Assembly: GCA_964057225.1 (NCBI GenBank)
Contig: OZ059898.1
Span: 1,798,001 to 1,862,000, forward strand
Direction of reading: 5' to 3'
Origin: Auanema rhodensis
Lineage: Eukaryota; Animalia; Nematoda
Length of the DNA: 64,000 nt
Below are positions 1 through 12,279 of the stretch, piece after piece. The notes below the pieces were generated by a model that did no database searches, was not told where the DNA came from, and was given only the letters and a program-made list of their open reading frames with translations. Positions within the stretch are counted from its first letter, which is position 1, and each line of letters opens with the position of its first letter. Made by a program: the position numbers and the translations under genes.

Positions 1-108
1 TTGAGTGTACATGGAAACTCAACATACACTAATGCATCATTTTTCAAACGATCATAACTAATTTTTGTATTAAGCGTTTCTCAATGTAGTATAGTGCATT
101 CGATGCGG

Positions 109-159
109 ATTTTTAAGCTGCGTCGATCTGTGTTATCAGATTTGCGCTAGCTTAAAAAT
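109..159. other. Long imperfect inverted repeat, recurring in each monomer
   Basis: ATTTTTAAGCT (109-119) / AGCTTAAAAAT (149-159); GCG (120-122) / CGC (145-147); ATCTG (126-130) / CAGAT (137-141); loop TGTTAT. Confidence 0.9.
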
Positions 160-176
160 GCACCGAGATATCAACT

Positions 177-198
177 GATATAAGTTCACACTTATATC
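177..198. other. Perfect 9-bp inverted repeat with 4-nt loop, recurring in each monomer
   Basis: GATATAAGT-TCAC-ACTTATATC; outer CGAG (164-167) / CTCG (199-202). Confidence 0.9.
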
Positions 199-275
199 CT
201 CGATTTTGACCCTGAAGAATTAATTTTTTCGTTGAATAACATTGTCCATCGTCTTTGCCTTGAAAAAAGGAATCT

Positions 276-341
276 AAAAACATCTACTTTTTGCTAAATT
301 ATTTTGAAATTTTTCGAAAAAATTTTTGTCAAAATGTTTTT
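276..341. other. Nested A/T-tract palindromes, recurring in each monomer
   Basis: TTTTTCGAAAAA (310-321); ATTTTGA (301-307) / TCAAAAT (329-335); AAAAACAT (276-283) / ATGTTTTT (334-341). Confidence 0.85.
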
Positions 342-348
342 GGAAGCA

Positions 349-376
349 ATGTTGAGTGTACATGGAAACTCAACAT
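349..376. other. Perfect 9-bp inverted repeat with 10-nt loop, recurring in each monomer
   Basis: ATGTTGAGT-GTACATGGAA-ACTCAACAT. Confidence 0.9.
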
Positions 377-3300
377 ACACTAATGCATCATTTTTCAAAC
401 GATCATAACTAATTTTTGTATTAAGCGTTTCTCAATGTAGTATAGTGCATTCGATGCGGATTTTTAAGCTGCGTCGATCTGTGTTATCAGATTTGCGCTA
501 GCTTAAAAATGCACCGAGATATCAACTGATATAAGTTCACACTTATATCCTCGATTTTCACCCTGAAGAATTAATTTTTTCGTTGAATAACATTGTCCAT
601 CGTCTTTGCCTTGAAAAAAGGAATCTAAAAACATCTACTTTTTGCTAAATTATTTTGAAATTTTATGAAAAAATTTTTGTCAAAATGTTTTTGGAAGCAA
701 TGTTGAGTGTACATGGAAACTCAACATACACTAATGCATCATTTTTCAAACGATCATAACTAATTTTTGTATTAAGCGTTTCTCAATGTAGTATAGTGCA
801 TTCGATGCGGATTTTTAAGCTGCGTCGATCTGTGTTATCAGATTTGCGCTAGCTTAAAAATGCACCGAGATATCAACTGATATAAGTTCACACTTATATC
901 CTCGATTTTGACCCTGAAGAATTAATTTTTTCGTTGAATAACATTGTCCATCGTCTTTGCCTTGAAAAAAGGAATCTAAAAACATCTACTTTTTGCTAAA
1001 TTATTTTGAAATTTTTCGAAAAAATTTTTGTCAAAATGTTTTTGGAAGCAATGTTGAGTGTACATGGAAACTCAACATACACTAATGCATCATTTTTCAA
1101 ACGATCATAACTAATTTTTGTATTAAGCGTTTCTCAATGTAGTATAGTGCATTCGATGCGGATTTTTAAGCTGCGTCGATCTGTGTTATCAGATTTGCGC
1201 TAGCTTAAAAATGCACCGAGATATCAACTGATATAAGTTCACACTTATATCCTCGATTTTCACCCTGAAGAATTAATTTTTTCGTTGAATAACATTGTCC
1301 ATCGTCTTTGCCTTGAAAAAAGGAATCTAAAAACATCTACTTTTTGCTAAATTATTTTGAAATTTTATGAAAAAATTTTTGTCAAAATGTTTTTGGAAGC
1401 AATGTTGAGTGTACATGGAAACTCAACATACACTAATGCATCATTTTTCAAACGATCATAACTAATTTTTGTATTAAGCGTTTCTCAATGTAGTATAGTG
1501 CATTCGATGCGGATTTTTAAGCTGCGTCGATCTGTGTTATCAGATTTGCGCTAGCTTAAAAATGCACCGAGATATCAACTGATATAAGTTCACACTTATA
1601 TCCTCGATTTTCACCCTGAAGAATTAATTTTTTCGTTGAATAACATTGTCCATCGTCTTTGCCTTGAAAAAAGGAATCTAAAAACATCTACTTTTTGCTA
1701 AATTATTTTGAAATTTTATGAAAAAATTTTTGTCAAAATGTTTTTGGAAGCAATGTTGAGTGTACATGGAAACTCAACATACACTAATGCATCATTTTTC
1801 AAACGATCATAACTAATTTTTGTATTAAGCGTTTCTCAATGTAGTATAGTGCATTCGATGCGGATTTTTAAGCTGCGTCGATCTGTGTTATCAGATTTGC
1901 GCTAGCTTAAAAATGCACCGAGATATCAACTGATATAAGTTCACACTTATATCCTCGATTTTCACCCTGAAGAATTAATTTTTTCGTTGAATAACATTGT
2001 CCATCGTCTTTGCCTTGAAAAAAGGAATCTAAAAACATCTACTTTTTGCTAAATTATTTTGAAATTTTTTGAAAAAATTTTTGTCAAAATGTTTTTGGAA
2101 GCAATGTTGAGTGTACATGGAAACTCAACATACACTAATGCATCATTTTTCAAACGATCATAACTAATTTTTGTATTAAGCGTTTCTCAATGTAGTATAG
2201 TGCATTCGATGCGGATTTTTAAGCTGCGTCGATCTGTGTTATCAGATTTGCGCTAGCTTAAAAATGCACCGAGATATCAACTGATATAAGTTCACACTTA
2301 TATCCTCGATTTTCACCCTGAAGAATTAATTTTTTCGTTGAATAACATTGTCCATCGTCTTTGCCTTGAAAAAAGAAATCTAAAAACATCTACTTTTTGC
2401 TAAATTATTTTGAAATTTTTTGAAAAAATTTTTGTCAAAATGTTTTTGGAAGCAATGTTGAGTGTACATGGAAACTCAACATACACTAATGCATCATTTT
2501 TCAAACGATCATAACTAATTTTTGTATTAAGCGTTTCTCAATGTAGTATAGTGCATTCGATGCGGATTTTTAAGCTGCGTCGATCTGTGTTATCAGATTT
2601 GCGCTAGCTTAAAAATGCACCGAGATATCAACTGATATAAGTTCACACTTATATCCTCGATTTTCACCCTGAAGAATTAATTTTTTCGTTGAATAACATT
2701 GTCCATCGTCTTTGCCTTGAAAAAAGGAATCTAAAAACATCTACTTTTTGCTAAATTATTTTGAAATTTTTTGAAAAAATTTTTGTCAAAATGTTTTTGG
2801 AAGCAATGTTGAGTGTACATGGAAACTCAACATACACTAATGCATCATTTTTCAAACGATCATAACTAATTTTTGTATTAAGCGTTTCTCAATGTAGTAT
2901 AGTGCATTCGATGCGGATTTTTAAGCTGCGTCGATCTGTGTTATCAGATTTGCGCTAGCTTAAAAATGCACGGAGATATCAACTGATATAAGTTCACACT
3001 TATATCCTCGATTTTCACCCTGAAGAATTAATTTTTTTGTTGAATAACATTGTCCATCGTCTTTGCCTTGAAAAAAGGAATCTAAAAACATCTACTTTTT
3101 GCTAAATTATTTTGAAATTTTTCGAAAAAATTTTTGTCAAAATGTTTTTGGAAGCAATGTTGAGTGTACATGGAAACTCAACATACACTAATGCATCATT
3201 TTTCAAATGATCATAACTAATTTTTGTATTAAGCGTTTCTCAATGTAGTATAGTGCATTCGATGCGGATTTTTAAGCTGCGTCGATCTGTGTTATCAGAT

Positions 3301-3510
3301 TTGCGCTAGCTTAAAAATGCACCGTGATATCAACTGATATAAGTTCACACTTATATCCTCGATTTTCACCCTGAAGAATTAATTTTTTCGTTGAATAACA
3401 TTGTCCATCGTCTTTGCCTTGAAAAAAGGAATCTAAAAACATCTACTTTTTGCTAAATTATTTTGAAATTTTTCGAAAAAATTTTTGTCAAAATGTTTTT
3501 GGAAGCAATG

Positions 3511-6500
3511 TTGAGTGTACATGGAAACTCAACATACACTAATGCATCATTTTTCAAACGATCATAACTAATTTTTGTATTAAGCGTTTCTCAATGTAGT
3601 ATAGTGCATTCGATGCGGATTTTTAAGCTGCGTCGATCTGTGTTATCAGATTTGCGCTAGCTTAAAAATGCACCGAGATATCAACTGATATAAGTTCACA
3701 CTTATATCCTCGATTTTCACCCTGAAGAATTAATTTTTTCGTTGAATAACATTGTCCATCGTCTTTGCCTTGAAAAAAGAAATCTAAAAACATCTACTTT
3801 TTGCTAAATTATTTTGAAATTTTCCGAAAAAATTTTTGTCAAAATGTTTTTGGAAGCAATGTTGAGTGTACATGGAAACTCAACATACACTAATGCATCA
3901 TTTTTCAAACGATCATAACTAATTTTTGTATTAAGCGTTTCTCAATGTAGTATAGTGCAATCGATGCGAATTTTTAAGCTGCGTCGATCTGTGTTATCAG
4001 ATTTGCGCTAGCTTAAAAATGCACCGAGATATCAACTGATATAAGTTCACACTTATATCCTCGATTTTCACCCTGAAGAATTAATTTTTTCGTTGAATAA
4101 CATTGTCCATCGTCTTTGCCTTGAAAAAAGGAATCTAAAAACATCTACTTTTTGCTAAATTATTTTGAAATTTTATGAAAAAATTTTTGTCAAAATGTTT
4201 TTGGAAGCAATGTTGAGTGTACATGGAAACTCAACATACACTAATGCATCATTTTTCAAACGATCATAACTAATTTTTGTATTAAGCGTTTCTCAATGTA
4301 GTATAGTGCATTCGATGCGGATTTTTAAGCTGCGTCGATCTGTGTTATCAGATTTGCGCTAGCTTAAAAATGCACCGAGATATCAACTGATATAAGTTCA
4401 CACTTATATCCTCGATTTTCACCCTGAAGAATTAATTTTTTCGTTGAATAACATTGTCCATCGTCTTTGCCTTGAAAAAAGGAATCTAAAAACATCTACT
4501 TTTTGCTAAATTATTTTGAAATTTTTTGAAAAAATTTTTGTCAAAATGTTTTTGGAAGCAATGTTGAGTGTACATGGAAACTCAACATACACTAATGCAT
4601 CATTTTTCAAACGATCATAACTAATTTTTGTATTAAGCGTTTCTCAATGTAGTATAGTGCATTCGATGCGGATTTTTAAGCTGCGTCGATCTGTGTTATC
4701 AGATTTGCGCTAGCTTAAAAATGCACCGAGATATCAACTGATATAAGTTCACACTTATATCCTCGATTTTCACCCTGAAGAATTAATTTTTTCGTTGAAT
4801 AACATTGTCCATCGTCTTTGCCTTGAAAAAAGGAATCTAAAAACATCTACTTTTTGCTAAATTATTTTGAAATTTTTTGAAAAAATTTTTGTCAAAATGT
4901 TTTTGGAAGCAATGTTGAGTGTACATGGAAACTCAACATACACTAATGCATCATTTTTCAAACGATCATAACTAATTTTTGTATTAAGCGTTTCTCAATG
5001 TAGTATAGTGCATTCGATGCGGATTTTTAAGCTGCGTCGATCTGTGTTATCAGATTTGCGCTAGCTTAAAAATGCACGGAGATATCAACTGATATAAGTT
5101 CACACTTATATCCTCGATTTTCACCCTGAAGAATTAATTTTTTTGTTGAATAACATTGTCCATCGTCTTTGCCTTGAAAAAAGGAATCTAAAAACATCTA
5201 CTTTTTGCTAAATTATTTTGAAATTTTTCGAAAAAATTTTTGTCAAAATGTTTTTGGAAGCAATGTTGAGTGTACATGGAAACTCAACATACACTAATGC
5301 ATCATTTTTCAAACGATCATAACTAATTTTTGTATTAAGCGTTTCTCAATGTAGTATAGTGCATTCGATGCGGATTTTTAAGCTGCGTCGATCTGTGTTA
5401 TCAGATTTGCGCTAGCTTAAAAATGCACCGTGATATCAACTGATATAAGTTCACACTTATATCCTCGATTTTCACCCTGAAGAATTAATTTTTTCGTTGA
5501 ATAACATTGTCCATCGTCTTTGCCTTGAAAAAAGGAATCTAAAAACATCTACTTTTTGCTAAATTATTTTGAAATTTTTCGAAAAAATTTTTGTCAAAAT
5601 GTTTTTGGAAGCAATGTTGAGTGTACATGGAAACTCAACATACACTAATGCATCATTTTTCAAACGATCATAACTAATTTTTGTATTAAGCGTTTCTCAA
5701 TGTAGTATAGTGCATTCGATGCGGATTTTTAAGCTGCGTCGATCTGTGTTATCAGATTTGCGCTAGCTTAAAAATGCACCGAGATATCAACTGATATAAG
5801 TTCACACTTATATCCTCGATTTTCACCCTGAAGAATTAATGTTTTCGTTGAATAACATTGTCCATCGTCTTTGCCTTGAAAAAAGGAATCTAAAAACATC
5901 TACTTTTTGCTAAATTATTTTGAAATTTTTCGAAAAAATTTTTGTCAAAATGTTTTTGGAAGCAATGTTGAGTGTACATGGAAACTCAACATACACTAAT
6001 GCATCATTTTTCAAACGATCATAACTAATTTTTGTATTAAGCGTTTCTCAATGTAGTATAGTGCATTCGATGCGGATTTTTAAGCTGCGTCGATCTGTGT
6101 TATCAGATTTGCGCTAGCTTAAAAATGCACCGAGATATCAACTGATATAAGTTCACACTTATATCCTCGATTTTCACCCTGAAGAATTAATTTTTTCGTT
6201 GAATAACATTGTCCATCGTCTTTGCCTTGAAAAAAGGAATCTAAAAACATCTACTTTTTGCTAAATTATTTTGAAATTTTCCGAAAAAATTTTTGTCAAA
6301 ATGTTTTTGGAAGCAATGTTGAGTGTACATGGAAACTCAACATACACTAATGCATCATTTTTCAAACGATCATAACTAATTTTTGTATTAAGCGTTTCTC
6401 AATGTAGTATAGTGCAATCGATGCGGATTTTTAAGCTGCGTCGATCTGTGTTATCAGATTTGCGCTAGCTTAAAAATGCACCGAGATATCAACTGATATA

Positions 6501-9500
6501 AGTTCACACTTATATCCTCGATTTTCACCCTGAAGAATTAATTTTTTCGTTGAATAACATTGTCCATCGTCTTTGCCTTGAAAAAAGGAATCTAAAAACA
6601 TCTACTTTTTGCTAAATTATTTTGAAATTTTTCGAAAAAATTTTTGTCAAAATGTTTTTGGAAGCAATGTTGAGTGTACATGGAAACTCAACATACACTA
6701 ATGCATCATTTTTCAAACGATCATAACTAATTTTTGTATTAAGCGTTTCTCAATGTAGTATAGTGCATTCGATGCGGATTTTTAAGCTGCGTCGATCTGT
6801 GTTATCAGATTTGCGCTAGCTTAAAAATGCACCGAGATATCAACTGATATAAGTTCACACTTATATCCTCGATTTTCACCCTGAAGAATTAATTTTTTCG
6901 TTGAATAACATTGTCCATCGTCTTTGCCTTGAAAAAAGGAATCTAAAAACATCTACTTTTTGCTAAATTATTTTGAAATTTTCCGAAAAAATTTTTGTCA
7001 AAATGTTTTTGGAAGCAATGTTGAGTGTACATGGAAACTCAACATACACTAATGCATCATTTTTCAAACGATCATAACTAATTTTTGTATTAAGCGTTTC
7101 TCAATGTAGTATAGTGCAATCGATGCGGATTTTTAAGCTGCGTCGATCTGTGTTATCAGATTTGCGCTAGCTTAAAAATGCACCGAGATATCAACTGATA
7201 TAAGTTCACACTTATATCCTCGATTTTCACCCTGAAGAATTAATTTTTTCGTTGAATAACATTGTCCATCGTCTTTGCCTTGAAAAAAGGAATCTAAAAA
7301 CATCTACTTTTTGCTAAATTATTTTGAAATTTTATGAAAAAATTTTTGTCAAAATGTTTTTGGAAGCAATGTTGAGTGTACATGGAAACTCAACATACAC
7401 TAATGCATCATTTTTCAAACGATCATAACTAATTTTTGTATTAAGCGTTTCTCAATGTAGTATAGTGCATTCGATGCGGATTTTTAAGCTGCGTCGATCT
7501 GTGTTATCAGATTTGCGCTAGCTTAAAAATGCACCGAGATATCAACTGATATAAGTTCACACTTATATCCTCGATTTTCACCCTGAAGAATTAATTTTTT
7601 CGTTGAATAACATTGTCCATCGTCTTTGCCTTGAAAAAAGGAATCTAAAAACATCTACTTTTTGCTAAATTATTTTGAAATTTTTTGAAAAAATTTTTGT
7701 CAAAATGTTTTTGGAAGCAATGTTGAGTGTACATGGAAACTCAACATACACTAATGCATCATTTTTCAAACGATCATAACTAATTTTTGTATTAAGCGTT
7801 TCTCAATGTAGTATAGTGCATTCGATGCGGATTTTTAAGCTGCGTCGATCTGTGTTATCAGATTTGCGCTAGCTTAAAAATGCACCGAGATATCAACTGA
7901 TATAAGTTCACACTTATATCCTCGATTTTCACCCTGAAGAATTAATTTTTTCGTTGAATAACATTGTCCATCGTCTTTGCCTTGAAAAAAGGAATCTAAA
8001 AACATCTACTTTTTGCTAAATTATTTTGAAATTTTTTGAAAAAATTTTTGTCAAAATGTTTTTGGAAGCAATGTTGAGTGTACATGGAAACTCAACATAC
8101 ACTAATGCATCATTTTTCAAACGATCATAACTAATTTTTGTATTAAGCGTTTCTCAATGTAGTATAGTGCATTCGATGCGGATTTTTAAGCTGCGTCGAT
8201 CTGTGTTATCAGATTTGCGCTAGCTTAAAAATGCACGGAGATATCAACTGATATAAGTTCACACTTATATCCTCGATTTTCACCCTGAAGAATTAATTTT
8301 TTTGTTGAATAACATTGTCCATCGTCTTTGCCTTGAAAAAAGGAATCTAAAAACATCTACTTTTTGCTAAATTATTTTGAAATTTTTCGAAAAAATTTTT
8401 GTCAAAATGTTTTTGGAAGCAATGTTGAGTGTACATGGAAACTCAACATACACTAATGCATCATTTTTCAAACGATCATAACTAATTTTTGTATTAAGCG
8501 TTTCTCAATGTAGTAAAGTGCATTCGATGCGGATTTTTAAGCTGCGTCGATCTGTGTTATCAGATTTGCGCTAGCTTAAAAATGCACCGTGATATCAACT
8601 GATATAAGTTCACACTTATATCCTCGATTTTCACCCTGAAGAATTAATTTTTTCGTTGAATAACATTGTCCATCGTCTTTGCCTTGAAAAAAGGAATCTA
8701 AAAACATCTACTTTTTGCTAAATTATTTTGAAATTTTTCGAAAAAATTTTTGTCAAAATGTTTTTGGAAGCAATGTTGAGTGTACATGGAAACTCAACAT
8801 ACACTAATGCATCATTTTTCAAACGATCATAACTAATTTTTGTATTAAGCGTTTCTCAATGTAGTATAGTGCATTCGATGCGGATTTTTAAGCTGCGTCG
8901 ATCTGTGTTATCAGATTTGCGCTAGCTTAAAAATGCACCGAGATATCAACTGATATAAGTTCACACTTATATCCTCGATTTTCACCCTGAAGAATTAATG
9001 TTTTCGTTGAATAACATTGTCCATCGTCTTTGCCTTGAAAAAAGGAATCTAAAAACATCTACTTTTTGCTAAATTATTTTGAAATTTTTCGAAAAAATTT
9101 TTGTCAAAATGTTTTTGGAAGCAATGTTGAGTGTACATGGAAACTCAACATACACTAATGCATCATTTTTCAAACGATCATAACTAATTTTTGTATTAAG
9201 CGTTTCTCAATGTAGTATAGTGCATTCGATGCGGATTTTTAAGCTGCGTCGATCTGTGTTATCAGATTTGCGCTAGCTTAAAAATGCACCGAGATATCAA
9301 CTGATATAAGTTCACACATATATCCTCGATTTTCACCCTGAAGAATTAATTTTTTCGTTGAATAACATTGTCCATCGTCTTTGCCTTGAAAAAAGGAATC
9401 TAAAAACATCTACTTTTTGCTAAATTATTTTGAAATTTTCCGAAAAAATTTTTGTCAAAATGTTTTTGGAAGCAATGTTGAGTGTACATGGAAACTCAAC

Positions 9501-9828
9501 ATACACTAATGCATCATTTTTCAAACGATCATAACTAATTTTTGTATTAAGCGTTTCTCAATGTAGTATAGTGCAATCGATGCGGATTTTTAAGCTGCGT
9601 CGATCTGTGTTATCAGATTTGCGCTAGCTTAAAAATGCACCGAGATATCAACTGATATAAGTTCACACTTATATCCTCGATTTTCACCCTGAAGAATTAA
9701 TTTTTTCGTTGAATAACATTGTCCATCGTCTTTGCCTTGAAAAAAGGAATCTAAAAACATCTACTTTTTGCTAAATTATTTTGAAATTTTTCGAAAAAAT
9801 TTTTGTCAAAATGTTTTTGGAAGCAATG
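3511..9828. repeat. 9-mer higher-order repeat (3159 bp) x2, M11-19 / M20-28
   Basis: Same ordered variants in both copies: CC314-315; A99+AT314-315; TT; TT; G164+T230; T166; G225; CC; A99. A few private SNPs differ (A270, A108, A92, A192). Confidence 0.8.
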
Positions 9829-11934
9829 TTGAGTGTACATGGAAACTCAACATACACTAATGCATCATTTTTCAAACGATCATAACTAATTTTTGTATTA
9901 AGCGTTTCTCAATGTAGTATAGTGCATTCGATGCGGATTTTTAAGCTGCGTCGATCTGTGTTATCAGATTTGCGCTAGCTTAAAAATGCACCGAGATATC
10001 AACTGATATAAGTTCACACTTATATCCTCGATTTTCACCCTGAAGAATTAATTTTTTCGTTGAATAACATTGTCCATCGTCTTTGCCTTGAAAAAAGGAA
10101 TCTAAAAACATCTACTTTTTGCTAAATTATTTTGAAATTTTATGAAAAAATTTTTGTCAAAATGTTTTTGGAAGCAATGTTGAGTGTACATGGAAACTCA
10201 ACATACACTAATGCATCATTTTTCAAACGATCATAACTAATTTTTGTATTAAGCGTTTCTCAATGTAGTATAGTGCATTCGATGCGGATTTTTAAGCTGC
10301 GTCGATCTGTGTTATCAGATTTGCGCTAGCTTAAAAATGCACCGAGATATCAACTGATATAAGTTCACACTTATATCCTCGATTTTCACCCTGAAGAATT
10401 AATTTTTTCGTTGAATAACATTGTCCATCGTCTTTGCCTTGAAAAAAGGAATCTAAAAACATCTACTTTTTGCTAAATTATTTTGAAATTTTTTGAAAAA
10501 ATTTTTGTCAAAATGTTTTTGGAAGCAATGTTGAGTGTACATGGAAACTCAACATACACTAATGCATCATTTTTCAAACGATCATAACTAATTTTTGTAT
10601 TAAGCGTTTCTCAATGTAGTATAGTGCATTCGATGCGGATTTTTAAGCTGCGTCGATCTGTGTTATCAGATTTGCGCTAGCTTAAAAATGCACCGAGATA
10701 TCAACTGATATAAGTTCACACTTATATCCTCGATTTTCACCCTGAAGAATTAATTTTTTCGTTTAATAACATTGTCCATCGTCTTTGCCTTGAAAAAAAA
10801 AATCTAAAAACATCTACTTTTTGCTAAATTATTTTGAAATTTTTTGAAAAAATTTTTGTCAAAATGTTTTTGGAAGCAATGTTGAGTGTACATGGAAACT
10901 CAACATACACTAATGCATCATTTTTCAAACGATCATAACTAATTTTTGTATTAAGCGTTTCTCAATGTAGTATAGTGCAATCGATGCGGATTTTTAAGCT
11001 GCGTCGATCTGTGTTATCAGATTTGCGCTAGCTTAAAAATGCACCGAGATATCAACTGATATAAGTTCACACTTATATCCTCGATTTTCACCCTGAAGAA
11101 TTAATTTTTTCGTTGAATAACATTGTCCATCGTCTTTGCCTTGAAAAAAGGAATCTAAAAACATCTACTTTTTGCTAAATTATTTTGAAATTTTTTGAAA
11201 AAATTTTTGTCAAAATGTTTTTGGAAGCAATGTTGAGTGTACATGGAAACTCAACATACACTAATGCATCATTTTTCAAACGATCATAACTAATTTTTGT
11301 ATTAAGCGTTTCTCAATGTAGCATAGTGCATTCGATGCAGATTTTTAAGCTGCGTCGATCTGTGTTATCAGATTTGCGCTAGCTTAAAAATGCACCGAGA
11401 TATCAACTGATATAAGTTCACACTTATATCCTCGATTTTCACCCTGAAGAATTAATTTTTTTGTTGAATAACATTGTCCATCGTCTTTGCCTTGAAAAAA
11501 GGAATCTAAAAACATCTACTTTTTGCTAAATTATTCTGAAATTTTTCGAAAAAATTTTTGTCAAAATGTTTTTGGAAGCAATGTTGAGTGTACATGGAAA
11601 CTCAACATACACTAATGCATCATTTTTCAAACGATCATAACTAATTTTTGTATTAAGCGTTTCTCAATGTAGTATAGTGCATTCGATGCGGATTTTTAAG
11701 CTGCGTCGATCTGTGTTATCAGATTTGCGCTAGCTTAAAAATGCACCGAGATATCAACTGATATAAGTTCACACTTATATCCTCGATTTTCACCCTGAAG
11801 AATTAATTTTTTCGTTGAATAACATTGTCCATCGTCTTTGCCTTGAAAAAAGGAATCTAAAAACATCTGCTTTTTGCTAAATTATTTTGAAATTTTTCGA
11901 AAAAATTTTTGTCAAAATGTTTTTGGAAGCAATG

Positions 11935-12279
11935 TTGAGTGTACATGGAAACTCAACATACACTAATGCATCATTTTTCAAACGATCATAACTAATTTTT
12001 GTATTAAGCGTTTCTCAATGTAGTATAGTGCATTCGATGCGTAAGCTGCGTCGATCTGTGTTATCAGATTTGCGCTAGCTTAAAAATGCACCGAGATATC
12101 AACTGATATAAGTTCACACTTATATCCTCGATTTTCACCCTGAAGAATTAATTTTTTCGTTGAATAACATTGTCCATCGTCTTTGCCTTGAGAAAAGGAA
12201 TCTAAAAACATCTACTTTTTGCTAAATTATTTTGAAATTTTTTGAAAAAATTTTTGTCAAAATGTTTTTGGAAGCAATG
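11935..12279. repeat. 345-bp monomer M35 with 6-bp deletion (GATTTT)
   Basis: GATGCG|TAAGCTG at 12041/12042 versus consensus GATGCGGATTTTTAAGCTG; downstream register shifts by 6. Confidence 0.97.

Larger units (their letters stand above)
1..351. repeat. Representative monomer M1 (phase arbitrary; differs from consensus only by G at p208)
   Basis: Hand count: 110/351 G+C and 12 CpG. Sites seen: TGTACA p6-11, ATGCAT p32-37, GCTAGC p146-151, GATATC p167-172, TTCGAA p313-318. Confidence 0.97.

Noticed and set aside
109-198. Selection on RNA secondary structure in the two central hairpins
   Set aside because: Stem-breaking variants exist (deletion of p108-113, G113, A121, A184, A192) and I saw no compensatory pairs.
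227-243. CENP-B-box-like TTTCGTTGAATAACATT
   Set aside because: It matches only the 5' part (TTCG....A) of NTTCGNNNNANNCGGGN; the CGGG is absent and C230T is common.
1-351. Monomer length divisible by 3, in-frame 6-bp deletion, and several SNPs (C295, G208, A192, T173) removing stops in one minus frame, suggesting a coding repeat
   Set aside because: That frame still has further stops (p186-188, p147-149), and the stop-removing SNPs do not co-occur in one monomer.
1-351. Tandem 5S rRNA, tRNA, snRNA or spliced-leader gene array
   Set aside because: I could not recognise a 5S sequence, cloverleaf, Pol III A/B boxes or leader motif on either strand. An Rfam/Infernal scan would settle it.
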